The notes under the pieces are model-generated. The model saw only the letters and a program-made list of their open reading frames with translations. It searched no databases and was not told where the DNA came from. The translations under genes were made by a program, and so were the position numbers. A stretch of DNA of 64,000 nucleotides from Armatimonadota bacterium (GTDB taxonomy: Bacteria; Armatimonadota; Armatimonadia; Armatimonadales; Capsulimonadaceae), in contig JANXNV010000093.1 of NCBI GenBank assembly GCA_025353925.1, forward strand, positions 1,786-65,785, in the 5' to 3' direction. Positions 28,841 to 38,644 of the stretch are shown here, piece after piece. How positions within the stretch are numbered: the first letter of the stretch is position 1; every line of letters begins with the position of its first letter.

Positions 28841-28994
28841 ATTTGTACTGCCTTCGCCGAAGCCTTAAAACTATAAAACCGACAAAAAGGACCGGTTAAA
28901 ACTATAAAACTCACATTTTATCGCTTTTGACCTCTCTTACCATAGAGAAACTAGATCGCTTCCAATTGCCTCCAAAAAACATTCTGCAAAAAAC

Positions 28995-29023
28995 TTGACA
29001 ATTTCCCACGCCTGTGTTAAAGT
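28995..29023 (+). promoter_or_regulatory. Sigma70-type promoter upstream of the 29124 gene
   Basis: TTGACA (28995-29000), 17-nt spacer, TAAAGT (29018-29023). It is about 100 nt upstream of the ATG. Confidence 0.5.
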
Positions 29024-29123
29024 AGGTACGCACCAAGTTTTTCCAAGCTGGAACCAAAGCACAGTAACCCAGAGTTCTCTGCCATGACAACTATCCACCA
29101 CCATCTGCCTGGAGGCGTTTTCC

Positions 29124-30881
29124 ATGAAATTTTCGTTTAAGGGATTGACCGGAGCGGCGACACTGCTTGCCGCCGCGCTCGGCCTCAACCTGCTGGGACC
29201 CCACCGGGCGTATTCCGCACCGGGGAACCTCACACTGCCGAGCGAGAGCGAGCTTGGCGTGACAATTCTTAGCCCGGACCCGCGTATTCCGCTGGAGGGC
29301 TTGAAGCCGGTCGAAATCTCGGCGTTCTATCAGGGCAGCCCCGGCAACCAGATCGTCGCCGTCGAGCTGTATCTGGACGGCATCAAAGCCGCCTCGAAAA
29401 CGCTGGACGTTCCCGAAACGCGCGGGGTCGTGTCATTTCTGGTGGATGCGGGCCAGCTTTCGGCGGGAACGCATAAGATCGTTGTGCGGGCGACTTCCGC
29501 CGACCAGGAAGTCAAGTCGGCTCGAAGCGCATTTGTCTTCGGCACTGGCGGCAGCCAGCCGCTGAGCAGCGAGCGGTCCAGTCCAGGCCCGGCGATCGCT
29601 CTGCCGACCCGTCCGGCGGTCAGCTCCGGCGAGGCCCCGAGTCTGCGGATGATCAGCCCGTCGGAAGACGGCAAAGTCCGCGGAGTCGTCACGCTCCATA
29701 TCGAAGCGACCGACGGCAGCGGCAAAGCCCCCTACGTTTCCCTGTTCATCGACAAAACGTTTAAAACGCTTCGTAACTATGCCCCCTATGAGTTCGAGTG
29801 GGACACGACGGCGTACCCCAATGGCTACCATACCATCGAGGCGTACGGCTACAACGATTCGCCGAATGTCGGCCATGCCAAGGCCATCCGCCTGTATGTC
29901 AACAACGAGGGCGGGAACACGTCCATCCGTCATGACCTGCTGGACGGCCCGAAGACGGAGAGCGTGCGGACAGTCCGGCCCCTCGCGGCGGCAATGCCCC
30001 GGAAGGCACTGGGACGACCGGCCCCGCAGCGGCGTCCTGAGCTGGCGGCAGTGATCCAGAAGGCGACGCCCGCCGGAGCTTCGACCCGCGGAATTCTGCG
30101 GCAGATGGCGAAGGCTGAAGCCGCTTCCCTGCACTTCGGACCGCTGAACCTCGTATCATCAAACACCGAGACGCTTTCCAGCCCGTTTGTCGCAGACACG
30201 CCGACTCGCAGCTTCAAGCCGATGCCGAAGCCGCAGATCGCGGTCGATCCGAATACCGCCACCCTGGCCGCCGTGCCGGTGAAGCGGATGACGGCGAAGC
30301 GGACCAAAATCACGCAGATGGCGACCCTGCGGCTGCCGAGCAGTGCGCTGGCCTCCCCGTTTGTGATGACGCCGCATGTTACGCCGACGGCTTTGATGCC
30401 GCGGATCCAGATCAGCTCCTACATCGCCGAGATGCATCTGGCGCGGACGACGATCAAGCCTGCCCTGAAGATGCATCCCCTGCGCGTCCATTTCCCGGCC
30501 AGCATGGGAAGCCTCCTGCGGAGCGTCGGGCAGACATCGATCCTGTTCAACCACACGACGCTGAAGCTGGACCGTCCGCTGTCCGCCCAGAACAACATCC
30601 TGTTCGGCCCGCTGCGGCAGATCTTCGAGCAGGGCGGCGGGACGCTGACCTGGCAGGCACAGACCGGCATGGTGCATGCGAAGAACGCGACCAAAGACAT
30701 CGTGATCACGATCGGCAAGTCGTCGGCACAGGTCAACACCAAAACGGTGGAGCTGGACGGTAAGCCATACCTGCTAACGGGGCGAACCATGGTCCCACTG
30801 TCGTTCGTGACCGCCGCCATGGATGCGGATGTGCAGTACGATGCCGCGACCGGTCACTTGATGATCACCAGCCGCAAGTAA
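29124..30881 (+). CDS. Secreted protein with Ig-like domains and a C-terminal copper-amine-oxidase-N-terminal-like (stalk) domain
   Basis: Signal peptide MKFSFKGLTGAATLLAAALGLNLLGPHRAYSAP. Two Ig-like segments end in YEFEWDTTAYPNGYHTIEAYGYN-type strands. The C-terminal VNTKTVELDGKPYLLTGRTMVPLSFVTAAMDADVQYDAATGHLMI resembles the Cu_amine_oxidN1 stalk pattern. Confidence 0.65.
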   Translation: MKFSFKGLTGAATLLAAALGLNLLGPHRAYSAPGNLTLPSESELGVTILSPDPRIPLEGLKPVEISAFYQGSPGNQIVAVELYLDGIKAASKTLDVPETRGVVSFLVDAGQLSAGTHKIVVRATSADQEVKSARSAFVFGTGGSQPLSSERSSPGPAIALPTRPAVSSGEAPSLRMISPSEDGKVRGVVTLHIEATDGSGKAPYVSLFIDKTFKTLRNYAPYEFEWDTTAYPNGYHTIEAYGYNDSPNVGHAKAIRLYVNNEGGNTSIRHDLLDGPKTESVRTVRPLAAAMPRKALGRPAPQRRPELAAVIQKATPAGASTRGILRQMAKAEAASLHFGPLNLVSSNTETLSSPFVADTPTRSFKPMPKPQIAVDPNTATLAAVPVKRMTAKRTKITQMATLRLPSSALASPFVMTPHVTPTALMPRIQISSYIAEMHLARTTIKPALKMHPLRVHFPASMGSLLRSVGQTSILFNHTTLKLDRPLSAQNNILFGPLRQIFEQGGGTLTWQAQTGMVHAKNATKDIVITIGKSSAQVNTKTVELDGKPYLLTGRTMVPLSFVTAAMDADVQYDAATGHLMITSRK

Positions 30882-30908
30882 GCTTCATTACGCAGCTTAA
30901 AGCAAACA

Positions 30909-30941
30909 GCCCCGCACCTTTTGGTGCGGGGCTATTCTTTT
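30909..30941 (+). terminator. Rho-independent terminator
   Basis: Stem gccccgcacc / ggtgcggggc, loop tttt, T-rich tail tattctttt. Confidence 0.8.
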
Positions 30942-30963
30942 AGTATTCTGGTATAATAGATAT

Positions 30964-31590
30964 ATGAAAGCGTCAGTCAGCGCGAAGCGCTGCCCGGAAT
31001 GTGCGAAGGTGACCAGCCTTCAGGCGATGGAGTGTTCAAGCTGCGGCCACCAATTTCGAACACGTTTCGCGGAGCCATCAAACCGTACGGAGGCCTTTGA
31101 TGCGCTGATGCTGCCGCGCCCCCCGGTTACGATGATAGCCCCGCGCCCGCAGATCTACCCGATCCGGCATCCCGGCAAAGTCACCACCCAGTCCGCGTTT
31201 ACCCTGGCCTTCGCTGCAAGCTTTTGCTTTGTCGCGGTCGTCGGCTTGGCGATCTGGCTGATTTTCAACCTCAATCGTGGCCCGGCGGTTAGCCTTCCGT
31301 CTGCGAACCCGGCGACGTTCGCCGGGACGGCTTCCAGCGGCCGTGCCGAGGATCTTTACGAGCGAGTGGCGATTTCCATGTCACTCTACGATCTCGGCCA
31401 AGCAGCGGGTGGCATGGGCCGGATCATCCATACCAACGATCCGCATGCCCTGCTTCTCTCCTATGATTTCCCGGAGCAGAGCGTCCGCGTCTCTCTGTAC
31501 CGCAGCGACATTGCCGGCGACGATTACCGGGTGGATGCTGTCGCCCTCTACCATGGCACTACGCTGCTGCAGCGCCACGCGGATAATTAA
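30964..31590 (+). CDS. Zinc-ribbon membrane protein, function unknown
   Basis: N-terminal CPECAKVTSLQAMECSSCGH (CxxC...CxxC), and a TM helix AFTLAFAASFCFVAVVGLAIWLIF. An extended -10 TGGTATAAT ends 6 nt before the ATG. Confidence 0.6.
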   Translation: MKASVSAKRCPECAKVTSLQAMECSSCGHQFRTRFAEPSNRTEAFDALMLPRPPVTMIAPRPQIYPIRHPGKVTTQSAFTLAFAASFCFVAVVGLAIWLIFNLNRGPAVSLPSANPATFAGTASSGRAEDLYERVAISMSLYDLGQAAGGMGRIIHTNDPHALLLSYDFPEQSVRVSLYRSDIAGDDYRVDAVALYHGTTLLQRHADN

Positions 31591-31599
31591 TCTCCCTGC

Positions 31600-32541
31600 C
31601 TAATGTGATCCCGGCATAACAATTCCCAGATGCACCAGATAGATCAAGCCGATCCCCAGGGCGATCCGGTAGATGATGAACGGCATGGTCGAGTGCTTCT
31701 CGTCGCTCAAATACCCCAAAAGCCAGCGGACAACGATATAAGCAAAGATGCCCGCAACCAGGGCCGCAAACAGATAGGGACCGGCGACCGCGCTTAGGTC
31801 CGGCGGCGCGGCCTGAACGGCAGCAGTTCCGGCGACATGGTGCGACTCGCCGAAGTACTGTGGCAGCAGAGTCTTCAGCAGCTTGTATACCCCGGCCAAG
31901 GTGATGGCGGGAATACTCAGCAGAAAAGAGAAGCGAGCCGCTTCCTCTCGTTCCAGACCGAGAAACAGCCCCGCCGTGATGGTGATCCCTGAGCGCGACG
32001 CCCCCGGAACCAGGGCCAAAGCCTGAACCAGCCCCACCCCCATTGCCTCTCCAAACGTCAAGCTTTCCAGCTTGCGTGTGCGCTTGCTGACAATCTCCGC
32101 GACCAGCAAGATCAGTGCCAGCACAATCAGAGCCCCGGCGATGAAGTAGAGATTGCGGTATTCTCCGTCCACTTTCTTTTCCAGTGCCAGGCCCGCGATC
32201 ACCAGCGGAACCGTCGCCAGCAAGGCATACCAGCCCAGGCGGGCATCCGTGTCGCCTTTCGGGAAGAGCTGCCCTTTTTGGAGGCTGCGGACGACCCCGG
32301 CCACATAGCGGGCGAGGTCTTTGCGGAAGTAGGCGATGATTCCGACAATCGGACCGAGCTGGACGATGGCGGAGAAAGCCGCCCCAGTGTCATTGGGCCA
32401 GCTGGGATTGAAGTGGTTGAGCAGAGCGGGCAAAATCCGCATATGCGCCGTGCTGGAGACGGGCAGGAACTCGGTGATGCCCTGCACCAGCCCCAGAATC
32501 GTCGCCTGAATGTAGCTCAGGTGCGGCGTAAAATTATCCAA
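31600..32541 (-). CDS. uppP: Undecaprenyl-diphosphate phosphatase
   Basis: The BacA/UppP motifs GLVQGITEFLPVSSTAHM and PGASRSGITI are present. It is a polytopic membrane protein. Confidence 0.9.
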   Translation of the reverse strand: MDNFTPHLSYIQATILGLVQGITEFLPVSSTAHMRILPALLNHFNPSWPNDTGAAFSAIVQLGPIVGIIAYFRKDLARYVAGVVRSLQKGQLFPKGDTDARLGWYALLATVPLVIAGLALEKKVDGEYRNLYFIAGALIVLALILLVAEIVSKRTRKLESLTFGEAMGVGLVQALALVPGASRSGITITAGLFLGLEREEAARFSFLLSIPAITLAGVYKLLKTLLPQYFGESHHVAGTAAVQAAPPDLSAVAGPYLFAALVAGIFAYIVVRWLLGYLSDEKHSTMPFIIYRIALGIGLIYLVHLGIVMPGSH

Positions 32542-32562
32542 AAATCGATCTCCTGTCGCGTG

Positions 32563-33678
32563 TTAAGTAGGGGGTTTCTCGAGTGCATCGGCGATGCGCT
32601 GGGCCGCATGGCCGTCCCCATAGGGCGAAACGGCACGAGCCATAACGGCGTAGGCTTCGGGGTCGGCGAGCAGGTGAGAGGCTTCCGCAACGATCAATGC
32701 CGTATCGGTTCCCACCAGCTTGGCTGTTCCCGCCGCGATGCCTTCAGGCCGCTCGGTGGTTTCCCGCGCGACCAGAACCGGCTTGCCGAGGCTCGGGGCT
32801 TCCTCCTGAACGCCGCCTGAGTCGGTAAGAATGAGAGTCGATTTCTGTTCCAGCTTGACGAACGGGACATATTCCTGCGGCTCGATTAATTTAATGCGTG
32901 GGTGACCTGCCAGCGACGGAGTCAGTGCCGCGCGGACCAGCGGGTTCAGGTGCCAGGGGACGACTGCGACCACCTCCGGGAAGGCATCGACAATCTGCCG
33001 GACGGCGACCCCGATCCGGCCCATCGGCTCGCCCCAATTCTCGCGCCGGTGGGTGGTTACCAGCAGCATAGGCCGGGGATCGCTTAGAATCTCCGTCAAA
33101 ATGGGGTCGATCGGGACATAGGGTTTTGCAGCGACTTCGAGCAGAGCATCGATCACCGTATTGCCGGAGAGGACAATCGCTGCGTCTCCGACCCCGTCGG
33201 CCTTTAAATTGGCCGCCGCCTCGGGTGTCGGCGGGAAGTGCAGGGTCGCCAGCCGGGTCGTCAGCAGCCGGTTCATCTCCTCGGGGAACGGATCACGCGG
33301 GTTGCCGGTCCGCAGCCCGGCCTCGACATGCCCAAACTTTGCCCCGTGGTAGAACGCCGCCAGTGCCGCCACGAACGTCGTGGTCGTGTCGCCCTGCGCC
33401 AGCACCCAGTCGGGCTTCTCGGCGGCTAAAATCGGGTCCAGGCCGTTCAGGGAGCGCGTGGTCACCTGCGCCAGAGTTTGCCCCTGGGTCATGATATTCA
33501 GGTCGAAATCCGGCACGATTTCAAACGCCGACAGCACCTGATCCAGCATCTGCCGATGCTGCCCGGTGACGGCGACCTTGAGATCGAAGTGTGCCGGACG
33601 GCGCAGCAATTCCAGCACGACCGGAGCCATTTTAATGGCATCGGGTCGTGTTCCAAAAACGCAGAGGACTTTTTGCAT
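32563..33678 (-). CDS. wecB: UDP-N-acetylglucosamine 2-epimerase (non-hydrolysing)
   Basis: The pattern VFGTRPDAIKMAPV...VTGQHRQMLD...HVEAGLRT...LTDSGGVQEEAPSLGKPVLV is typical of the WecB/MnaA family. Confidence 0.9.
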   Translation of the reverse strand: MQKVLCVFGTRPDAIKMAPVVLELLRRPAHFDLKVAVTGQHRQMLDQVLSAFEIVPDFDLNIMTQGQTLAQVTTRSLNGLDPILAAEKPDWVLAQGDTTTTFVAALAAFYHGAKFGHVEAGLRTGNPRDPFPEEMNRLLTTRLATLHFPPTPEAAANLKADGVGDAAIVLSGNTVIDALLEVAAKPYVPIDPILTEILSDPRPMLLVTTHRRENWGEPMGRIGVAVRQIVDAFPEVVAVVPWHLNPLVRAALTPSLAGHPRIKLIEPQEYVPFVKLEQKSTLILTDSGGVQEEAPSLGKPVLVARETTERPEGIAAGTAKLVGTDTALIVAEASHLLADPEAYAVMARAVSPYGDGHAAQRIADALEKPPT

Positions 33679-33775
33679 AGGCTGAGAATCGTTAATCGGC
33701 AGCTACTGAGACCACAGTAGGCAAAAGAGAGTCCATTCTTATCACCATTGTATCAGCTTTCCATTGTACCAGCTT

Positions 33776-34816
33776 TCACCGCCCGCTGACCCGGAACAGC
33801 ACCAAGGCGAGGGCGCAGAACGTGGCGGTGATGCCGTAGATGGCCCAGACCGTGCGGTTCTGGGAGCCTTTGTACCGCTTCAGGAGCAGGTGATGAATGT
33901 GCGACGTTTTATCCGGCAGGTAAGCCGGGGTCCGGGCGATGGCCCGCTGCGTGACGACCCGGATACCGTCGAAGATCGGGACGCCCAGCACCAGCACGGG
34001 CAGGGCGACGGAGACGGTGGCGGCGATCTTGAAGGTGCCGATGATTGAGATCGCCGCCAGAGTAAAGCCCAAAAACTGTGCCCCGACTGTCCCCATGATG
34101 ATACTGGCCGGGTGCCGGTTGTAGCGCAGGAAGCCTAGGCAGACCCCAACCAGGGCGGCGGCGATGATGGTGACTTCATACTGCGGGGTCCGGGCGGCAG
34201 CGGACATGAGGGCGAGAGTCGCGGCGCAGATGGCGCAGACACCGGCGGCAAGGCCGTCTAAGCCATCGATAAAGTCCACGGTCTTGGCGACGCCGAAGAC
34301 CCAGAGCAGCGTCGCAAAGACCGATAGCCAGAGCGGGAAGGCCAGCCAGTTCGCCGGGTCGGTCCCCGCATGGCGGGGCAGCGTGGACGCGGTGGCGAAC
34401 GGATTTGTGATGCCGTCAATCCGTACGTCGAATGCGACCAAAATGAGACCCGCCCCGATCAGTGCTAAGGACTGCCAGAGGGCGGAGACCTCCCATTTGT
34501 CATCGACGACGCCGAAGACCGCGACGACAGTCGCGGCTGTCAGGACGCCGACAAAACGCTGCAATTGCAGATGGGTCCAGGGATGATCGGCATGGAACAG
34601 CGTGTGATAGATGTAAATGCCGACCAGCGTGATCACAAAGGCCCCGAACATCGCCAGACCGCCCCAGCGCGGCAGGGGCTTTTTGTGGACATCCCGCTCA
34701 CGCGGCACGGCAACGGCCCCGTAGCGCATCGCCAATTTGCTGACGATCGGGGTTAGGAGATAGGCAAGGCCGACGGCCAGCAGAAACGCAAGCCAGGGTA
34801 ATCGCCACTGCGGCAT
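33776..34816 (-). CDS. Glycosyltransferase family 4 (WecA/TagO/MraY-like polyprenyl-phosphate sugar-1-phosphate transferase)
   Basis: Polytopic membrane protein with the VVDDKWE and NFIDGLDGLAAG-like (VDFIDGLDGLAAG) motifs. It is adjacent to wecB. Confidence 0.85.
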   Translation of the reverse strand: MPQWRLPWLAFLLAVGLAYLLTPIVSKLAMRYGAVAVPRERDVHKKPLPRWGGLAMFGAFVITLVGIYIYHTLFHADHPWTHLQLQRFVGVLTAATVVAVFGVVDDKWEVSALWQSLALIGAGLILVAFDVRIDGITNPFATASTLPRHAGTDPANWLAFPLWLSVFATLLWVFGVAKTVDFIDGLDGLAAGVCAICAATLALMSAAARTPQYEVTIIAAALVGVCLGFLRYNRHPASIIMGTVGAQFLGFTLAAISIIGTFKIAATVSVALPVLVLGVPIFDGIRVVTQRAIARTPAYLPDKTSHIHHLLLKRYKGSQNRTVWAIYGITATFCALALVLFRVSGR

Positions 34817-34820
34817 AGTC

Positions 34821-35954
34821 TTACTTCTTCTTCTGCCCCTGCGGCAGAGGCGTCAGCGGTTCAGCGGATCGCCAGTCGGCGGCGGTCACGTAGGAGAGGC
34901 GCGGAGTGAGAGCCTTCATCGGTCCGCCGCTCGCGGCACGGACATACAGCGGGGCCGACCAGACAAGCCGGTACGGGTCGCCCGGACGTGGATCTGTGCG
35001 TTTCTCATAGGGCGTGGTGTCCCGGCCCGGCGCGGTGCAGAGCCGCGACCCATCCGGCGACCAGCTCAGAAACTGGCCCTGAGTGAGGTAGCGCGTCTCG
35101 CCCGTCGCGGCTGGGAGCAGCAGAAAAAGATAATCCGTGCCCACCGTGCTGTTGTGGTTATTCAAAGCGTAGACCAGCGCATTTTGGTGCGGGGGACCAG
35201 GAAACAGCGTATCCTGTCCGCCCGGCTCGAAGTCACGGTAAGCTGCTGGCAGCTTCACTGGCAAGGTCTTTTTTTCTTTCCCATCGAGACCGACGAGCCG
35301 CAGAACTGGCTGCGGGCGATGATCTTCGCTGGGGAACCCGGCCACCGTGTCCGCGGTCAGCCAGCGCGGCTGGTACAAAGCGGCGGCCAGCGGCGTTTCC
35401 AGCCCGGAGGGCAGTGTGACAATGCGGCTCCCGTCTGCCCCTACCAGAAACACACGGCGGCTGTCCGGCGACCACCAGCAGCGGCTGGCTCCGGGGAAGC
35501 GGCGCGTCACCCGCCAGGTGCGGGTGTCCATCAAAGAGACGGAAACAACCGTGTTTTTGTCGCTGTTCTCATGCACGACCGCCAGTGTTTTCCCATCCGG
35601 CGACCAGTGATAAGCGTAGGCATCCGCCAAGCCGACTGGTCCGGCAGGGTGCAGTGTTCGAATCGAACCGCCCGAGTCGCCGAGCAGGCAAAGCGTCGTT
35701 TGCCCACTGGGGCCGGTTCGAAGGAAAACGATCTTCCGCCCGTCGGGCGACCAGAGCGGCAGATCATCGTCGGCCATTCCGGCTGTCAGCTGCACTCGCC
35801 CCGTGCCGTCCGGGCTGATCCGATACAGATGGGCATGAGTCGTGCGATGACCGCCCGGCGGGGCGTAGTAGCGGGCTGCGTAAACAATGTCCCCACCCGC
35901 GTGGGAGGCAGAACCGAAGCAGAGCAGCAGGAGCAGCAGTGACAGGGTTTTCAT
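34821..35954 (-). CDS. Secreted PD40/TolB-like beta-propeller repeat protein
   Basis: Signal peptide plus repeated WSPDG motifs (PLWSPDGRKIVFL, YHWSPDGKTLAV, WWSPDSRRVFLV, SWSPDGSRL). Confidence 0.75.
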   Translation of the reverse strand: MKTLSLLLLLLCFGSASHAGGDIVYAARYYAPPGGHRTTHAHLYRISPDGTGRVQLTAGMADDDLPLWSPDGRKIVFLRTGPSGQTTLCLLGDSGGSIRTLHPAGPVGLADAYAYHWSPDGKTLAVVHENSDKNTVVSVSLMDTRTWRVTRRFPGASRCWWSPDSRRVFLVGADGSRIVTLPSGLETPLAAALYQPRWLTADTVAGFPSEDHRPQPVLRLVGLDGKEKKTLPVKLPAAYRDFEPGGQDTLFPGPPHQNALVYALNNHNSTVGTDYLFLLLPAATGETRYLTQGQFLSWSPDGSRLCTAPGRDTTPYEKRTDPRPGDPYRLVWSAPLYVRAASGGPMKALTPRLSYVTAADWRSAEPLTPLPQGQKKK

Positions 35955-36007
35955 AACGGTTCAACGCGAGACATGAATCAGGGCAGACAGCATGGGTTAG
36001 AGAAGAA

Positions 36008-36030
36008 GCCTCGGATTGGAAATCCGAGGC
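36008..36030. repeat. Family-C 23-nt palindrome (gcctcggattggaaatccgaggc), a possible glyA terminator
   Basis: Perfect 9-bp stem, 55 nt downstream of the glyA stop on the minus strand. A near-identical copy (1 mismatch) is at 49266-49288. Confidence 0.6.
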
Positions 36031-36085
36031 TCCCAATTCGTGGCCTGCGCTTGACCATGTTTTCTTCAATTGAGGCGGGCTGCGA

Positions 36086-37393
36086 TTACCCGGGGAACCG
36101 ATCACACAGCGACTTCACGTCGCGGCGGACCGTTTCGTACGCGGCGGCGTCGCCGATATGGGTCAGGGTGCGGGCGATGCAGTCCGCGATTTCGTCCATT
36201 TCCCCTTCATGGAGGCCGCGACTAGTGGTCGCGGGGGTGCCGAGGCGCAGGCCGCCGGTGACCCAGGGCTTCTCGGTGTCATAGGGAATAGCGTTCTTGT
36301 TGGTGGTCAGGTTGACTTTATCCAGCTCCACCTGAGCGGTCCGGCCCGTCAGCGACTGCGGGCGAAGGTCCACCAGCATGAGGTGGTTGTCCGTGCCGCC
36401 GGAGAAGAGGGTGAAGTCGCGGCGCATCAAGCCTTCGGCCAGGGCGCGGGCATTGCGCTTGATCTGCTGCTGGTAAGCTTTGAATCCTGGCGACAGGGCC
36501 TCGCCGAAGGCCACGGCCTTCGCAGCGATGACATGCATCAGCGGACCCCCCTGCGTTCCGGGGAAGATAGCCGAGTCAACTGCCTTCGCGTACTCTTCGT
36601 CGCACATGATCAGGCCACCGCGCGGCCCGCGCAGGGTCTTGTGGGTCGTGGTTGTGATGATATGCGCATTCCCGACGGGGGTGGGATGCTCGCCGGTCGC
36701 GACCAGCCCGGCGATATGCGCGATGTCCGCCAGGAGCATGGCTCCCACTTCATCGGCGATGGCCCGCAGGCGCTTGAAGTCGATCTCGCGGGGGTACGCC
36801 GACGCGCCGGACGTGATCATCTTGGGCTTCACTTCGCGGGCGATCCGGGCGCATTCGTCGTAGTCGATCCGGCCCGTCTCTCTATCAACGCCGTAAAACT
36901 GAGCGTTGTAAAACTTGCCCGAGAAGTTGACCGGGGAGCCGTGGGTCAAGTGCCCGCCCTGATCCAGCCGCATGCCCAAAATCGTGTCTCCGGGCTGCAA
37001 AAACGCCGTAAAGACCGCGATATTGGCCGACGCCCCGCTGTGCGGCTGGACATTGGCATGGGCCACGCCGAACAGCTTCTTGGCCCGGTCGATGGCGAGC
37101 TGCTCGATAATATCGACATTCTCGCAGCCGCCGTAGTATCGCTTGCCGGGATACCCTTCGGCGTACTTATTGGTTAGCACCGACCCCTGCGCTTCGCGAA
37201 CCGCGCGAGAGGCGACATTCTCCGATGCGATCAGCTCCAGCTTATCGTTCTGCCGGCCTTCTTCTTTCAGGATCGCCGCATAGACGTCCGGGTCCGTCTC
37301 GGAGAGGGGGGCCTCGCGCCGCAGCAGAAATTCATTGTCCCCGCCGTCACTGGCGATGGGGGAATAGGTCAGTTCTTTTTCGAGCAGTGCCAT
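36086..37393 (-). CDS. glyA: Serine hydroxymethyltransferase
   Basis: The PLP-lysine context [14 protein letters not shown], plus the LELIASENV and [11 protein letters not shown] motifs. Confidence 0.95.
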   Translation of the reverse strand: MALLEKELTYSPIASDGGDNEFLLRREAPLSETDPDVYAAILKEEGRQNDKLELIASENVASRAVREAQGSVLTNKYAEGYPGKRYYGGCENVDIIEQLAIDRAKKLFGVAHANVQPHSGASANIAVFTAFLQPGDTILGMRLDQGGHLTHGSPVNFSGKFYNAQFYGVDRETGRIDYDECARIAREVKPKMITSGASAYPREIDFKRLRAIADEVGAMLLADIAHIAGLVATGEHPTPVGNAHIITTTTHKTLRGPRGGLIMCDEEYAKAVDSAIFPGTQGGPLMHVIAAKAVAFGEALSPGFKAYQQQIKRNARALAEGLMRRDFTLFSGGTDNHLMLVDLRPQSLTGRTAQVELDKVNLTTNKNAIPYDTEKPWVTGGLRLGTPATTSRGLHEGEMDEIADCIARTLTHIGDAAAYETVRRDVKSLCDRFPG

Positions 37394-37573
37394 AAGTGAG
37401 TCCTTGTTCTAAATAGAGAAAAGTAAGTTCGTTTTGACAAATTCGCGATGCGTTCACACGCCGCCGCCGCCGGTGAAGGCATGGCCACATTTCTGCCGTT
37501 ATGATACTCTATTTTGGAGGCAAGTTGCAAGGGAACGGGGCGAAATGACTACTTTTGTAGGTAAAATATCGTC

Positions 37574-37930
37574 ATGAGAGTACACTTGGGGATAGTTGTT
37601 TGGGTGCTTCTGATTCTGACGCTCAGTGGGAGGCTGCCGGGACAGGCCCCCCGCCCCAATTCTGGGGGGCCGGAATTGGATGGGATGAGAGGTCAAGACA
37701 GGAGGGCGCGGCAAGCAACGCCCCTACAGGTTCAATCGTCCCCACCATCCGTCACCCTGAGCTTCGATGACAGCTTTGATATGCCGGGGTCTGCGCTCCG
37801 CACCCTGATCACCGCCCTGAAAGCCAACCCGAACGCCCGCACGTTCCGCGCCTCCTGGTCGCTGCTGGTCTTCAACAACCGTACGCAGACGACTATCCTC
37901 TACGACCGCCGCAAGCACCGCCTTCTATAA
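37574..37930 (+). CDS. Doubtful ORF (hypothetical secreted protein)
   Basis: Signal-like start and high GC3 only in the 3' half. The 5' half contains an 8-bp GC hairpin (37644-37671) and a family-D REP copy (37702-37728), which argues that part of it is non-coding. Confidence 0.3.
   Translation: MRVHLGIVVWVLLILTLSGRLPGQAPRPNSGGPELDGMRGQDRRARQATPLQVQSSPPSVTLSFDDSFDMPGSALRTLITALKANPNARTFRASWSLLVFNNRTQTTILYDRRKHRLL
37702..37728. repeat. Family-D short REP copy
   Basis: gagggcgcggcaagcaacgcccctaca has 2 mismatches to 28814-28840. Confidence 0.75.
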
Positions 37931-37959
37931 AATCTGCTATCGCCGCTGTGTACTGTCCA

Positions 37960-38328
37960 TTATTTTAATAATGGCACTCTCAAAATACCGTGGTGGCTTC
38001 GTTGTTCTTCAATCTTACCGAGTTCAGCCTTAGCTTTTGTTACATAATGCTGCTTGCTGGGAAAATCGGATTTGTCAGCGACTACAGCTTTGAATTCGAT
38101 TTCAGCGGTCTTGAGGTCCCCAACCCGTCGTGCTTCTTCTCCCCGAGACATAAGCCCTTGAATGTGAGCCGTCACCACTTGGTAGCGGCGAGAACTAATT
38201 CTACGACTCGGAGGGGTAAAATCCAAGACATAAGGAGTAATTCTGATGTATCTCAATTGAACCATTATGATGATTCCAGCAATCGCAAATGCCAGGATAG
38301 CAAAAATGGATATGATAATTGGCTTCAT
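37960..38328 (-). CDS. Hypothetical membrane-anchored protein in the low-GC islet
   Basis: A 122-aa ORF in an AT-rich stretch, where chance ORFs are rarer. The N-terminal TM is IIISIFAILAFAIAGIIIMV. It lies 12 nt downstream of the preceding ORF. Confidence 0.5.
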   Translation of the reverse strand: MKPIIISIFAILAFAIAGIIIMVQLRYIRITPYVLDFTPPSRRISSRRYQVVTAHIQGLMSRGEEARRVGDLKTAEIEFKAVVADKSDFPSKQHYVTKAKAELGKIEEQRSHHGILRVPLLK

Positions 38329-38340
38329 TGTACGCTTGAC

Positions 38341-38559
38341 TTAGGGAGTTTTATCTTCAAAGTAATCTTCCCAAAAAGGAAATTCGGATGATGGTTTATC
38401 AACGGTAACAACTAGGCTTCCAGGCGGATTAGGACCCCAAGCATCATTAAAAGGTGGGGTAGCCCCAAGCCAAGTAAGTGCAGCTTTCCAATGCCGCTCC
38501 ATTTTATGAAGCGGAACCCAAGATACTGTTTCACCGGGATGTTTTGCTGCCGCCAACAC
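38341..38559 (-). CDS. Hypothetical protein in the low-GC islet
   Basis: A 72-aa ORF downstream of a consensus promoter. No SD, and the start is uncertain (GTG). Confidence 0.4.
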   Translation of the reverse strand: MLAAAKHPGETVSWVPLHKMERHWKAALTWLGATPPFNDAWGPNPPGSLVVTVDKPSSEFPFWEDYFEDKTP

Positions 38560-38615
38560 TGCTGGCGGTTTGTTCTGCGAGTCGGGGCTTGTTTTGCGAG
38601 TATTGCTTTAAGAGC

Positions 38616-38644
38616 ACTATAAGCTATCTTGGACAGACTGTCAA
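38616..38644 (-). promoter_or_regulatory. Consensus sigma70-type promoter for the low-GC two-gene cassette
   Basis: The minus strand reads TTGACA (38644-38639), 17-nt spacer, TATAGT (38621-38616). Confidence 0.5.

Noticed and set aside
36158-37177. 339-aa plus-strand ORF opposite glyA, and comparable shadow ORFs (38629..39456, 40012..40728, 51467..52402, 53344..54612, 57045..58265, 60961..61953)
   Set aside because: All are antisense to genes that carry diagnostic motifs, and all have Arg/Gly/Ala/Pro-rich low-information translations.
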